Assembly: GCA_965223905.1 (NCBI GenBank)
Contig: CBDCXV010000010.1
Span: 1,696,001-1,760,000, forward strand
Length of the DNA stretch: 64,000 nucleotides
Origin: Candidatus Latescibacterota bacterium
GTDB taxonomy: Bacteria > Latescibacterota > UBA2968 > UBA8231
Direction: 5' to 3'
Positions within the stretch are counted from its first letter, which is position 1. Each line of letters starts with the position of its first letter. The notes under the pieces were generated by a model, which saw nothing but the letters and a program-made list of their open reading frames with translations, was not told the origin of the DNA and made no database searches. This document shows, one piece after another, positions 1 to 9,219 of the stretch. A program made the translations under genes and the position numbers.

Positions 1-276
1 AGGGTCCACCTGGCCACCTTGCTGTTGCGTGGGGGTCTCACCGGGCGGGACGAGCTGGAAGTGCAGCTCAACGGCGTGCCCCTGGCGCCCGGCCCCTTCG
101 GCTGGCCCAACCCCAAGCTCCTCGAGAGGCATCCCGGCACACGCTGGTTCCCGGTGCCGCCGGATGCGATGGCATACGGCGACAACCGGCTGGCAATGAC
201 GTTGACGAAGAGAGATCCGGATGCCGGCGGGGAAATCGTGATCGACGAAGTGGAAATCTGGGTGCAGCCGGAGTAA
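1..276 (+). CDS. C-terminal part of a hypothetical protein (starts before the window)
   Basis: Frame 1 is open from base 1 to TAA at 274-276 with high-GC3 codons; beta-sandwich-like C-terminus (VQLNG...GDNRL...IDEVEIWV). Confidence 0.6.
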   Translation, partial: RVHLATLLLRGGLTGRDELEVQLNGVPLAPGPFGWPNPKLLERHPGTRWFPVPPDAMAYGDNRLAMTLTKRDPDAGGEIVIDEVEIWVQPE

Positions 277-283
277 CGCCGCG

Positions 284-1033
284 CTACTCGGTTGGCGTTC
301 CCGGCGCCGGGGGAAGGGGTCCCGGCGGCTCGGGAACCGCGGCGCCCATCGCGAGCCAGAAAACCAAGAGGAACAGCACCATCCCCAGCGCCCGTTTCGC
401 CGGCACCTGGGCCATCACCGACAGTCCGGTGCCGATGACGAACACCTGCCACAGGTCGAACAGGTTGATGCCGATAAGCAGCTTGCCGAAGAAGGTTTTG
501 CCCGCCTCCTCCCCTACGAAGGCCCCCGGTCCCAGGTGGATGAACGGCTTCTGGGCGAACAGCATCAGCGGCGTGCTCACGACTTTCTCGATGGCGACGA
601 TGACCGCGGCGTACCCCTTGAGGGTCAGCATCTGCCGCAGGGAAACCTCGACGCGGAAAATCCAGCGCCCGACGGCAAGCATCACCAGCCCGACGCAGAC
701 CACCGTCGAGAACCCGTTCACCAGGGGCAGGGTCATCCAGCCGTGCTCGCGCCAGGTTTCCAGATTCTGCAGGGCCTCCTGCCGCTGCTCCTCAGGCAGC
801 CCGTTCAGGCGATCCTGCATCGCCGGCAGTCCGGGGTCGGCGGTGACCGACAGGGTCGCGTAGTTCGAGCCGATCCAGACCAGGCACATCAGCATGACCG
901 GCAGCAGCCAGTCCTGCGAGGTCGGGTCGTCGCGCACCGCTTCGAAGCTCGTCCGCGGGGCGTACACCACGCGCGCCAGCCGGTCCGTCAGGGACAGGTC
1001 CTCGTAACCGGTGGAGAAGGAAGGTTTGTTCAT
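284..1033 (-). CDS. Yip1-domain membrane protein
   Basis: N-terminal 'APRTSFEAV...W' motif and about 5 hydrophobic segments; 'NLFDLW...IG' typical of bacterial YIP1 family. Confidence 0.75.
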   Translation of the reverse strand: MNKPSFSTGYEDLSLTDRLARVVYAPRTSFEAVRDDPTSQDWLLPVMLMCLVWIGSNYATLSVTADPGLPAMQDRLNGLPEEQRQEALQNLETWREHGWMTLPLVNGFSTVVCVGLVMLAVGRWIFRVEVSLRQMLTLKGYAAVIVAIEKVVSTPLMLFAQKPFIHLGPGAFVGEEAGKTFFGKLLIGINLFDLWQVFVIGTGLSVMAQVPAKRALGMVLFLLVFWLAMGAAVPEPPGPLPPAPGTPTE

Positions 1034-1111
1034 GATGGCAGTGCCCTGAAGAGACCGAATATAGGGATGAACCCCGCCCTGCGGACAGGCTCCGTCGGCT
1101 CCCCGAACCCG

Positions 1112-1140
1112 TTGACAGAAGCGCCTTTGCGGGATAGAAT
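1112..1140 (+). promoter_or_regulatory. sigma-70 promoter of tRNA-Glu
   Basis: TTGACA (1112-1117), 17-nt spacer, TAGAAT (1135-1140), 23 nt upstream of the tRNA. Confidence 0.85.
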
Positions 1141-1163
1141 TAACCGATTCGCAACCGCTTTAT

Positions 1164-1239
1164 GGCCCGTTCGTCTAGAGGCCCAGGACGCCGGCCTCTC
1201 ACGCCGGTAACACGGGTTCGAATCCCGTACGGGCTACCA
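1164..1239 (+). tRNA. tRNA-Glu (anticodon CTC)
   Basis: Acceptor GGCCCGT/ACGGGCT, anticodon stem CCGGC/GCCGG with loop CT-CTC-AC, T arm ACGGG-TTCGAAT-CCCGT, encoded 3' ACCA; 76 nt. Confidence 0.97.
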
Positions 1240-1250
1240 TGAAATTTGAG

Positions 1251-1281
1251 AAGGGAGTGTCGGAAGGCACTCCCTTTTTTT
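1251..1281 (+). terminator. Rho-independent terminator after tRNA-Glu
   Basis: AAGGGAGTGTC-GGAA-GGCACTCCCTT hairpin running into a T7 tract. Confidence 0.9.
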
Positions 1282-1367
1282 GTTGTCACCCAGCAATAGA
1301 CGCACCGGAACCGCTGCTGAAGCCATGGCCTCGAATGTGCCCGATACTGGCGGTATTCCGCGCCGGG

Positions 1368-1796
1368 TCAGGCGGCCCTGTCGGCGACCACGAGGCTGCG
1401 GCCGAGTGCGCGCAGGGCGGTTTCCACGCTGTCTACATGGGATCGATGGCCGGGATTGCACAGCTTGCGCACGGCCCCTTCGCTCAGGCCGAGAAGGCGG
1501 GCGAGCTCGACCTTGGTGACCCCCTGGCGCCGCATGGCCGTATAGAGGGCAAGCTTGGCGGCGAGGACGGTCGGGACCGCTACCAATTCCTGCCCGGGAA
1601 CCGCGGCGCTGGGAACGGGGATGTCCCAGCGTTTGTGGACGTATCCCGTCAGGGCGACGGCGAGGGCGTCCTCGGCCATCGCCAAGGCTTCCGCTCGATC
1701 ATCGCCGCAAGTCAACGCACCGGGGACATCGGGAAAGGAGACGAACAACCCTCCCTCTTCTTCCGGAGTCAGGACGCATGGATAGACATAATGCAT
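1368..1796 (-). CDS. hicB: HicB-family antitoxin (HicB + HTH)
   Basis: 'YPCVLTPEEEGGLFVSFPDVPGALTCGD..EALAMAEDAL' HicB fold plus C-terminal HTH. Confidence 0.9.
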   Translation of the reverse strand: MHYVYPCVLTPEEEGGLFVSFPDVPGALTCGDDRAEALAMAEDALAVALTGYVHKRWDIPVPSAAVPGQELVAVPTVLAAKLALYTAMRRQGVTKVELARLLGLSEGAVRKLCNPGHRSHVDSVETALRALGRSLVVADRAA

Positions 1797-1800
1797 GGCT

Positions 1801-2007
1801 TCAAAACTCCTTCTTGGGGATGTCGAGGTCCTTCAGCATGGCGGCCAGCAACCCGCTCCCGATCTCTTTGCGAGGCACAGTGGTCAGGCGGTCGCCCAGG
1901 TAGATCAGCCCATGGCTGCCTTTACCGTGGCTGGGATCGAAACTGTATTCCCTGCCTGTCTTCCTGGCATAACGCCTGACCCGCCTGATGAATTCCGCTC
2001 CGTTCAT
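1801..2007 (-). CDS. hicA: HicA-family toxin (68 aa)
   Basis: MNGAEFIRRV...'GKGSH'...'TTVP..EI..GLL.AMLKDL' dsRBD-like HicA motif, directly upstream of hicB; C-terminal part of track ORF 1801..2991. Confidence 0.88.
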   Translation of the reverse strand: MNGAEFIRRVRRYARKTGREYSFDPSHGKGSHGLIYLGDRLTTVPRKEIGSGLLAAMLKDLDIPKKEF

Positions 2008-2139
2008 GCCCCCGATGAACCTGCACCGAAAAGAACGATTCATCAAGTATTTCGTAAAAAAAAGGACCTCATAGGGAACAAGGACCTCACCGGGACCCGC
2101 CCCCGCGGCGTCCCCGAACTCGATCGCCGGAGAAATGAC

Positions 2140-3540
2140 ATGCCACGTCCCGTTCGCATCGGCGTAATCGGCGCCGGTTCCGCCACCTTCACCCTCGGCC
2201 TCGTCAGGGACCTGAGCCTGACGCCCAACCTGAAAGGGAGCGAGGTCCACTTCATGGACATCGACGCCGAGCGCCTCGACGCGGTCACCCGCATGGCGCG
2301 GCGCTACACCGACGAGGTCGGGGCGGAGCTCCGTTTCGAGCAGACCACCGAGCGCGCCGAAGCGCTGCGCGGCTGCGACTTCGTCATCGACACCGCCATG
2401 GTGCAGAGCCATCACCACCAGGCCGGCATGAGGGAGCTGATGGCCAAGCACGGCTACTACTACCGCGGCGTCTCCGGCGGCTCCTTCTACCAGTTCCGCG
2501 TCATGATGGAGCTGGGCCGGGACATGGAGCGGCTGTGCCCGGAGGCCTGGCTGATCCAGTCGGGCAACCCGGTGTTCGACGGCTGCACCCTGATGACGCG
2601 GGAGATGCCGATCAGGATCTGCGGCCTCTGCCACGGGCATTTCGGGTACCTGCGCATCGCCGACGAGCTCGGCCTCGACCCCGACCGCGTCGACTTCGAG
2701 GCGCCCGGGGTCAACCACTGCATCTGGATGACGAGCTTCCGCTGCGACGGCGAGGACGCCTACCCGCTGATCGACCGCTGGATCGAGGAAGAGGGGGAGA
2801 ACTACTGGTCCACCCACGAGGCGGCCGGGACCCACGACATCCAGCTCTCGCGCGGCACCATCCACCAGTACCGCATGTACGGGCTGATGCCGATCGGCGA
2901 CACGCCGCGGTCGGGCGGCTGGTGGTACCACACCGACATCGACACCAAGAAGCACTGGTACGGGGAACCGTTCGGAGGCCCGGACACGCACATCGCGCGG
3001 CCGGTGTTCGTCGAGCGCCTCGACCGCAGGATGGAGCAGATACGGGCCGCGTGCGCCGACCCGGGGGCGCGCATGACCGAGGTTTTCGGCACCGAGCGCA
3101 CCCGCGAGCAGCAGGTGCCGATCATCGACGCGCTCGCCAACGACGTGCGCGGGAAGTTCCAGGTCAACGTCCCGAACCGGGGGGCCCTGCCCGGGGTCGA
3201 CGACGACGTCGTGGTCGAGGTGCCGGCGGTTATCGACGGCGAGGGGATCCGGCCGCTAAGGCTCGAGCCGCTGCCGAAGAAGATCATGCTGGAGCAGGTC
3301 CTGCCGGAGATCCTGCGCATGGAGCGGGGGTTGGAGGCATATCGCACGGGGGACCGGAGCATGCTGCTGTGGGGGGCGCTGGAGAACCACCAGACCCGTT
3401 CGTACGAGCAGGCCTGGGCGGCGCTGGAGGAGCTGCTGGAGCAGCCGGCCAACCGCGAGCTGGCCGAGCACTTCAGGTATCCGTGGGGCGAGGGGGAGGA
3501 GCGCAGGTGGCTGCGGGGGGTGGGTGAGGTGGCTGGGTAG
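2140..3540 (+). CDS. Family 4 glycoside hydrolase (NAD+-dependent alpha-glucosidase/alpha-galactosidase)
   Basis: 'IGVIGAGS', 'MDIDAERL', 'GNP', 'GLCHG', 'GVNH', 'VNVPNRG..VVEVP' GH4 motifs; ATG 2140 with GGAG upstream. Confidence 0.92.
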   Translation: MPRPVRIGVIGAGSATFTLGLVRDLSLTPNLKGSEVHFMDIDAERLDAVTRMARRYTDEVGAELRFEQTTERAEALRGCDFVIDTAMVQSHHHQAGMRELMAKHGYYYRGVSGGSFYQFRVMMELGRDMERLCPEAWLIQSGNPVFDGCTLMTREMPIRICGLCHGHFGYLRIADELGLDPDRVDFEAPGVNHCIWMTSFRCDGEDAYPLIDRWIEEEGENYWSTHEAAGTHDIQLSRGTIHQYRMYGLMPIGDTPRSGGWWYHTDIDTKKHWYGEPFGGPDTHIARPVFVERLDRRMEQIRAACADPGARMTEVFGTERTREQQVPIIDALANDVRGKFQVNVPNRGALPGVDDDVVVEVPAVIDGEGIRPLRLEPLPKKIMLEQVLPEILRMERGLEAYRTGDRSMLLWGALENHQTRSYEQAWAALEELLEQPANRELAEHFRYPWGEGEERRWLRGVGEVAG

Positions 3541-3707
3541 GGTCGCTGGCAAGCTGGGGGCAGGTTGGCCAACGGATCCTGAGGTGGTGGAGATCACTCC
3601 CGACGGCATCGGGGTGCCCGAGGAATGCTGGCAGACGCCCAGAGCGACTGAGCCGTTCTGCAAGACCGCGGGATTTCCCCGAGCCCGGGCTTACCCGCAG
3701 GTCCGCT

Positions 3708-4607
3708 TCAGGTCAGCGCCGGGGGGCGAAAGACCTCTTTCTCATGCCACTTCACGAACCTGGGGTCCGGGCCAAGGCAGGTGTTCCGGGGCGCTCGAAG
3801 CGGACTGTCGTGGTAGTCGAGGAACCAGCGGACCGGGGCGCTGAGGCCGTGGACCTCACTTGAAACAAGCACCCTGTAGCCCCCCTCTACCGGTTCCAGA
3901 CCGAGCGCGCCACGGTCGAAGGCCTTGTGGTGCAGCCCGCACAACGCCAGTCCGTTCGCGACCTCGTCGGGACCTCCGGCGGCGTGCCACTTGATGTGCG
4001 CCGCTTCCAGACCGATCAACTCATTCCCAAGTCGCACATCGAAGTCACAGACGGCGCAGCGGCGCTGGTACTCCCGCAGAACCTCGTCGCGGAAGGCCGG
4101 GTTGCGCCGCGGGGGTAGTGGCGCGTCCCGCACCGCCCAGGTTCGCGGGATTCCGACTGCATCGCGGATCTCGTCATGCAGCGATTCCGGGAAGTGCCCG
4201 TCCAGTAGTCTTTGCGACGCCTCTCTCGCCAGCTCCGGCCGGTTGCTGAGCAGGTCGTACAGCGGGGCTGGAAAACCGCCCTGCACTCCCCGCTCGCGAA
4301 GATCACGTACGCGAAGATCTCCGCTCGCGGTTCGGGACAAGGTTTCGCTCCCGGGGGTCTCCCAAAGTTCGTCGGCGGGAAGCCTGCCGAACGGGAACTC
4401 CGGACGCGGCTTGCGGGGTGGACCGAAATTTTTCAGGAGGTCCGTGAGCCGGGTCTCGATCTGCTGGTAGGAGGCAAGGCGTTCCTCCATGCGGAGGACG
4501 CGTCCGAGCGCCAACAACAGCAGCAGGGGCTTGTGCGGCGCGCGTTCACCGCGTCGCTGCCAGACGTTGATGCGCTCGATCTTCTCGAGGAACTCGTCCC
4601 GGTCCAT
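3708..4607 (-). CDS. Sulfur-binding-domain (SBD)-HNH endonuclease, putative phosphorothioate-DNA-dependent nuclease
   Basis: N-terminal 'RAPHKPLLLL' and 'PEFPFGRL' as in ScoMcrA/SprMcrA-type SBD; C-terminal CAVC...EAAHIKWH...NGLALCGLHHKAFD HNH. Confidence 0.82.
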   Translation of the reverse strand: MDRDEFLEKIERINVWQRRGERAPHKPLLLLLALGRVLRMEERLASYQQIETRLTDLLKNFGPPRKPRPEFPFGRLPADELWETPGSETLSRTASGDLRVRDLRERGVQGGFPAPLYDLLSNRPELAREASQRLLDGHFPESLHDEIRDAVGIPRTWAVRDAPLPPRRNPAFRDEVLREYQRRCAVCDFDVRLGNELIGLEAAHIKWHAAGGPDEVANGLALCGLHHKAFDRGALGLEPVEGGYRVLVSSEVHGLSAPVRWFLDYHDSPLRAPRNTCLGPDPRFVKWHEKEVFRPPALT

Positions 4608-4646
4608 AGATCAGAAAGAGGCCGAGATCCGGGCGAACCGTCAAGG

Positions 4647-5462
4647 TTACAAATGACACACGGCACAGCCTTCCGCTAAATCCGGGGCTGGGATCTCCTC
4701 CCGCTCCGGAAGCTCGGCAATTCTCAGTAGCGGCCGTCCGTCGACCCAGGTATAGCCCCGGTCTCCGGCGCTATCCTGCTCATACCCCATTGCTTTTTCG
4801 AAAAGATCGGGGTGCACCTCCTTGAGGTTCTGCCATTCCCCGACCTGCTGGTAAAAACAGAAGTAACAGCCGGAACGGGACCGCCAGCGGTAGTAGCCGG
4901 GCAACCCGATGCCTGATTCGGTCAGAATTCGCTTGATGTCCTCAAGGATCATCCCCGCGTCCTTGAAAGGGTACACGGGCAGGATGTTCGGCCGCTGGGA
5001 GATCACCGGTGGCTTCTTCGATTGGTACCCCTCCCTGTCCTCGTCACCGCGAATGCCGATGTAGCTGAACGCGTGGCTGTCGCCGACGAACCGCTCGAAC
5101 GGCTGAATCTTCAGCACTCGCGTGCACCATCTCGAACGCGGATTCGGCAGGAATCCGCCGTAGAGCTCGTTCAGGTAGACGTCGAAGGGATTGCGCCCGG
5201 GCTTCCTCGCGACTTTGAGGTCGTCGAGAGCATTGAGCCGCTGCACCTCCACGCCCAGGAGTGCTTCCAGCCGTTCGAGGTACTCGTAGGTTTCGGGCAA
5301 TTCGCAGCCGGTATCGCAGAACACGTACTCCGCGGGGATCTCAGGGAAATTCTGGCGCATGTACAGGGCGAGCGCGGTAGAGTCCTTGCCGCCGGAGATA
5401 CTGACGATGTGGCGAATGTTCTTGTCGGACAGGCTTTCAAGCGCCTCCTGCATACTAGCCAT
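4647..5462 (-). CDS. sspD: PAPS-reductase-family phosphorothioation protein (SspD/DndC-like)
   Basis: PP-loop 'SISGGKDS', 'FCDTGCE', 'RWCTRVLKI', 'RSGCYFCFYQ', terminal 'CAVCHL'; overlaps the ATPase stop. Confidence 0.82.
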   Translation of the reverse strand: MASMQEALESLSDKNIRHIVSISGGKDSTALALYMRQNFPEIPAEYVFCDTGCELPETYEYLERLEALLGVEVQRLNALDDLKVARKPGRNPFDVYLNELYGGFLPNPRSRWCTRVLKIQPFERFVGDSHAFSYIGIRGDEDREGYQSKKPPVISQRPNILPVYPFKDAGMILEDIKRILTESGIGLPGYYRWRSRSGCYFCFYQQVGEWQNLKEVHPDLFEKAMGYEQDSAGDRGYTWVDGRPLLRIAELPEREEIPAPDLAEGCAVCHL

Positions 5463-8400
5463 CGTGGGGTTCCTTCGTCCTTATTTGCCGAATTGCGGAC
5501 AGCCTCCTCTCCGCTTCCACTTCGCCGACCAGGTCGACAAGCTTGGCGAACAGTGCGCCAATACGGCCTTCGAGGAATTTCGACAAGCCGTGAGCGGCGC
5601 TGCTGTCCTCCAACAGGCCGCTGAGTTCGAGGGCCGACTCCTCGATCTGCTGCACTGTCGCCTGTAGTTCACGCTCGAAATGCGCGATGGTACTGTCGTC
5701 CCACCTGGCGAGGGGCTTACCGACGAGTAACGTGGCGAGGGAGTCCGCGAGCTTCTCGTCGGACCTGTACTTCATTTGCATGATCTTCAGCATGCTGGTG
5801 GTCGTGCTCGCCGGTCCCATCCTCTCAACGAAGCTCTGGGAAAAACAGCCGGCCCATTCCCTGGCCACGACCTGCAAGTTCTCTGCCTGATCGCGATCCC
5901 CCAGGCGTATCGCCCGGCGTACAGCCGCTCCTGCCTGTTGCGCGTACGTGCGTGTGACATCCATCAGCTCCTGCTTCGCCGCCTCTATGCCTTCGAGGGC
6001 TTCACTGGTCGCGCGGTCTTCCCCTCCTAGACGGGGCAGATCCTGCAGGATGAGGCGGACGGGGTCGCCCCCTTTGCGGATGAACTGCTGCAGTTTCTGG
6101 CCGGCTGGAGTCAGCTGGCGGGTGGTCAGGGCCGCTACCGGCAGCTGTGCCTTCCAGGCCTCCAGTGCGTCGTGACAGAGCCGGACCAGGTCGGCCTCCG
6201 GGGCTTCGTACTCCGGACCGGCGGTGAAGATGCGGTGCAGGCCGCGCAGGTACTTTTCGCTCTCGTCATCCAGCTCCAGCACGCTGACGCGGAAACGGTC
6301 CGGCTCTCGGCACAGGCTCTCGATGACGGAAGGCAGGATGTCTGCCACGTAGGCCCCGTCCTTCATCAGGGACAGGGCGCTTGGGAACGCCTTGAGTCCG
6401 GCGGCAAGCAGGATCGGCAGCAAACCTTCCCGTACCCCATGGGGCGGCTCCATCAACTTGTGCAGAAGCAGGCGAGGGTCCTTCGGCGTCGTGCTCGGCT
6501 CAGTAAGGAAGACCTCGACTTCCCTCCACACCTGCTTCAGGCCGGGGTCCTCGAGCTCTTCCGGATCCGCATATCGCCAGCGGCCGTTGTCCTGCCGGTA
6601 GAGCCCGGTGTGAAGCAGCACGCACCGGAACATCGACGAATCAGGGAAGTTCCCCTCGATGCCTAAGCCTTCCATGCCAGACCGTTCCAGGATCCCGAGC
6701 ATCAGCTTCTTGCGGGCGTTCACCACGACCGCGGAAGGACGGTGCCTGACGATCATCTCGTTGTTGATGCGGGGGCAGTGCCCGAACACTTCCTCCATGA
6801 TGTTCGACAGCGCCGTCCGCAGGCCGCGGGGGGAGTCGGCTCGCCGCATCGGCTTACCCTTGTGGAACCACCGCGGCCCATCGAAACCGGGCCAGACCAG
6901 CCGGTCCAAGAGCTGTTGCAGATGGCCTTGGGCGTCGTCGGTCATTTGCTGCAGCTCCGGACCGACGAGAGGATCGGCCCCGACAAGCTCGCTGTCGGTC
7001 TGCATCCTCAGCAGGCACCAGACCTCCAGGGCGGCCTCGCGGATCGGCAGCGGTTCCCGGGGCAGGGCCACCACGATCCGGTCGGCGTTCAGGTCCGACC
7101 GAACCGCCTGCTCGGCCTGTGAGATCTCCTCGTGGCTTTCCGCCAGGACGTACAGCACCTCTCCATCCGTGCCGGGATCGAGCCGCCTCAGGTACTGGTC
7201 CTGTCTAAGGGATTCGGGAAGGGTCGCTACGCACTCGTAGCGGCCGGCCAGGTATCTTCGGACGCAGCGCTTGGCGTTGTACTCGACGGGGCGCCAGGCG
7301 GGCGGCCTGGCTTCCTCGCTGAGGAACTTCAGGTCGTCGAACTGCTCTTCCTGCCTTCGCTTCTCCTCCTCAAGCCTGCCCCGCAAGTCGACGTCCGTGC
7401 CGTGCCATACGGCCACCTGGTCGCTGTGGCGGCGGTGCAGCAGCAACTTGCGATCGACCAGTTTCTCGACGACTTCCTCTCCCGCATCGCTCGTGGTGTA
7501 TCCCCTGAGCGCGAATTGCAGCAGGCCGAGGCCGGCGCGGGAGCGCTCGCCGCTCGTACCGAGACTGAGCAGGCAGGCTGCCTTCAGAGCCTTTGCCTCG
7601 TTTTCACCAGAGACCTTCGTCAGGGCGCTTTCCGTCTCGAGCCACTGACGGTAGGTGCCGCCAACCGATGTATCCGCCCTCATCACCGGGGCGAAGTAGT
7701 CGTACAGGGAGGCCGGTCCAACCTCCCCGTCCATATCCGCCGCGTAGAGGAAGCTGAACAGGGTGCGCTCGTTCTGCGCCACGCGGGCTGCCAGGCGAGG
7801 CAGCAGGTACAGCGTCACAGGTTCGAGGGGATATGCCCGGTGAAGCACCTGCTGGATCTCCGTGAGGGTGGCTTCTCCGAACAACCCATGAGTCTTGCAT
7901 TCACGGGCAGCCCTGAGCGCAAGGGGCCCCGCCAGCTTCTTCCCGCCTCTGCGGGAAGCCACTACCTCCGAGACGAGCCGGTAGATCTCCTTGCTCTCAT
8001 CGACGTACTGCAGGGTGCGGAAGCGGCCTTCGATCTTGGTCCACTCCGAACGGACCGACTGGGTCATGTTCCCCGCGTACTGGAGCAGACTCTGATGGAG
8101 GAACAGGCCCATCGTCGCCGGCACCCCCCTGGTGCGGCTGACGAACTCCGCCAGCACCTGGATTTCCGCCAGTGCGGAAGTCCGCCCCTCGCTGAGCAGG
8201 GCTTCGAGGTGCCGTCCGAACTCGTCCCACAGCAGGACGACCCGGTCGCACCCGCACACCGCGGCCTTCTTCTGCAGGGCGGCCAGCACGTTATCCAACC
8301 CGTTCTGCCCCCCGGTATTCAACCCTTCGATGCTCTTGGTCCGGCGCCCGAGCTTCAACCGTCTCATGCTGCGGATCGCGGCATCCCGCAACGCCTCGGC

Positions 8401-8793
8401 CACGTTCGGGCAGTACCCGTGGAGCGCCAGGACAAACCCTCGTTTTTCTGCGCTCCTTCCCCTTCTCCTCACGGAAAGAGCCAGTTCCGAACTGACCGCT
8501 TCCAGGCGATCGGTTACTTCACCCAGGGAATCGGCGGCAGCCGGCCTGTTCTCAATCACGTGCAGGGCGTAGGTCGCCGTCAGCGATTTGCCGCTTCCAT
8601 ACGGGGCCACGACGAAATAGGCGCGCTCGTTCTCTTGGCCGAAGAGGGCCTTGAGCAGGGGGACGGTCTTGGCAGTGGGACGAAAGTGGTCGATCCGCTC
8701 CGGCTCGTCGGCGTCGTAGACGAGGTTGATGGAACGCAGGAATGCGTCCTGCGAGACAGGCTCGCCCACCTCGGTTTTCCTTTTACGCTGCAT
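5455..8793 (-). CDS. sspC: Large P-loop ATPase of the Ssp phosphorothioation system (SspC-like)
   Basis: 1112 aa; Walker A 'APYGSGKS', Walker B 'LLWDEFG', 'AQNERTLFSFL'; lies between DUF4007 and PAPS reductase genes. Confidence 0.78.
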   Translation of the reverse strand: MQRKRKTEVGEPVSQDAFLRSINLVYDADEPERIDHFRPTAKTVPLLKALFGQENERAYFVVAPYGSGKSLTATYALHVIENRPAAADSLGEVTDRLEAVSSELALSVRRRGRSAEKRGFVLALHGYCPNVAEALRDAAIRSMRRLKLGRRTKSIEGLNTGGQNGLDNVLAALQKKAAVCGCDRVVLLWDEFGRHLEALLSEGRTSALAEIQVLAEFVSRTRGVPATMGLFLHQSLLQYAGNMTQSVRSEWTKIEGRFRTLQYVDESKEIYRLVSEVVASRRGGKKLAGPLALRAARECKTHGLFGEATLTEIQQVLHRAYPLEPVTLYLLPRLAARVAQNERTLFSFLYAADMDGEVGPASLYDYFAPVMRADTSVGGTYRQWLETESALTKVSGENEAKALKAACLLSLGTSGERSRAGLGLLQFALRGYTTSDAGEEVVEKLVDRKLLLHRRHSDQVAVWHGTDVDLRGRLEEEKRRQEEQFDDLKFLSEEARPPAWRPVEYNAKRCVRRYLAGRYECVATLPESLRQDQYLRRLDPGTDGEVLYVLAESHEEISQAEQAVRSDLNADRIVVALPREPLPIREAALEVWCLLRMQTDSELVGADPLVGPELQQMTDDAQGHLQQLLDRLVWPGFDGPRWFHKGKPMRRADSPRGLRTALSNIMEEVFGHCPRINNEMIVRHRPSAVVVNARKKLMLGILERSGMEGLGIEGNFPDSSMFRCVLLHTGLYRQDNGRWRYADPEELEDPGLKQVWREVEVFLTEPSTTPKDPRLLLHKLMEPPHGVREGLLPILLAAGLKAFPSALSLMKDGAYVADILPSVIESLCREPDRFRVSVLELDDESEKYLRGLHRIFTAGPEYEAPEADLVRLCHDALEAWKAQLPVAALTTRQLTPAGQKLQQFIRKGGDPVRLILQDLPRLGGEDRATSEALEGIEAAKQELMDVTRTYAQQAGAAVRRAIRLGDRDQAENLQVVAREWAGCFSQSFVERMGPASTTTSMLKIMQMKYRSDEKLADSLATLLVGKPLARWDDSTIAHFERELQATVQQIEESALELSGLLEDSSAAHGLSKFLEGRIGALFAKLVDLVGEVEAERRLSAIRQIRTKEPHDG

Positions 8794-9219
8794 GGAGACC
8801 CTTCATCTGCAGGAACCGTTGCAGGCCCTCGACGCACACCGCCTTGTCGAAGCGCTGCAGCTTGAAGCTGTTGAAGAACCAATCCCAGGTGGTCGCGTGC
8901 TCCTCGCTGCTGATCAGGTTCACGTGAAGCGCTCACCAGGTGCCTATGTCGGTGAAGTAGGGGTCGCGCTCCCAGACGAGATTGCCCAAGGGGGTAGGTT
9001 GCAACGGGGCGCTCTTTCGAGGCCGCCTTCCCGAGACTTGCTCGCACAGGCCGGTCGCCTGAAGCCATACCGGATCGACTTGGCCATGTTGCGGCCCACG
9101 CCGAGCCAGTCGGCAACGTGCTCGCCGATGAGTTTCTCGGGCTCTTCGACGACGAGCTTCAACCCTTTGTGCAGCCACCCTTCCCGAACGGGGAAGGTCT
9201 CGTGTCCACCGAACCTCAT
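8783..9219 (-). pseudogene. sspB: SspB/DUF4007 nickase pseudogene
   Basis: MRFGGHETFPVREGWLHKG...LGVGRNMAKSIRY, then a 1-nt deletion near 9067, then WLQATGL...DPYFTDIGTW, in-frame TGA at 8933-8935, then ALHVNL...ATTWDWFFN...; ends after about 145 codons, roughly half the usual length. Confidence 0.85.

Noticed and set aside
8933-8935. In-frame TGA in sspB read as selenocysteine (selB is in the window)
   Set aside because: The position corresponds to a Trp/hydrophobic residue of DUF4007, no convincing SECIS hairpin follows, and the gene has two other lesions.
5455-9219. BREX type 4 locus
   Set aside because: No pglZ or brxL; separate DUF4007, ATPase and PAPS reductase genes after a cysteine desulfurase fit sspABCD order.
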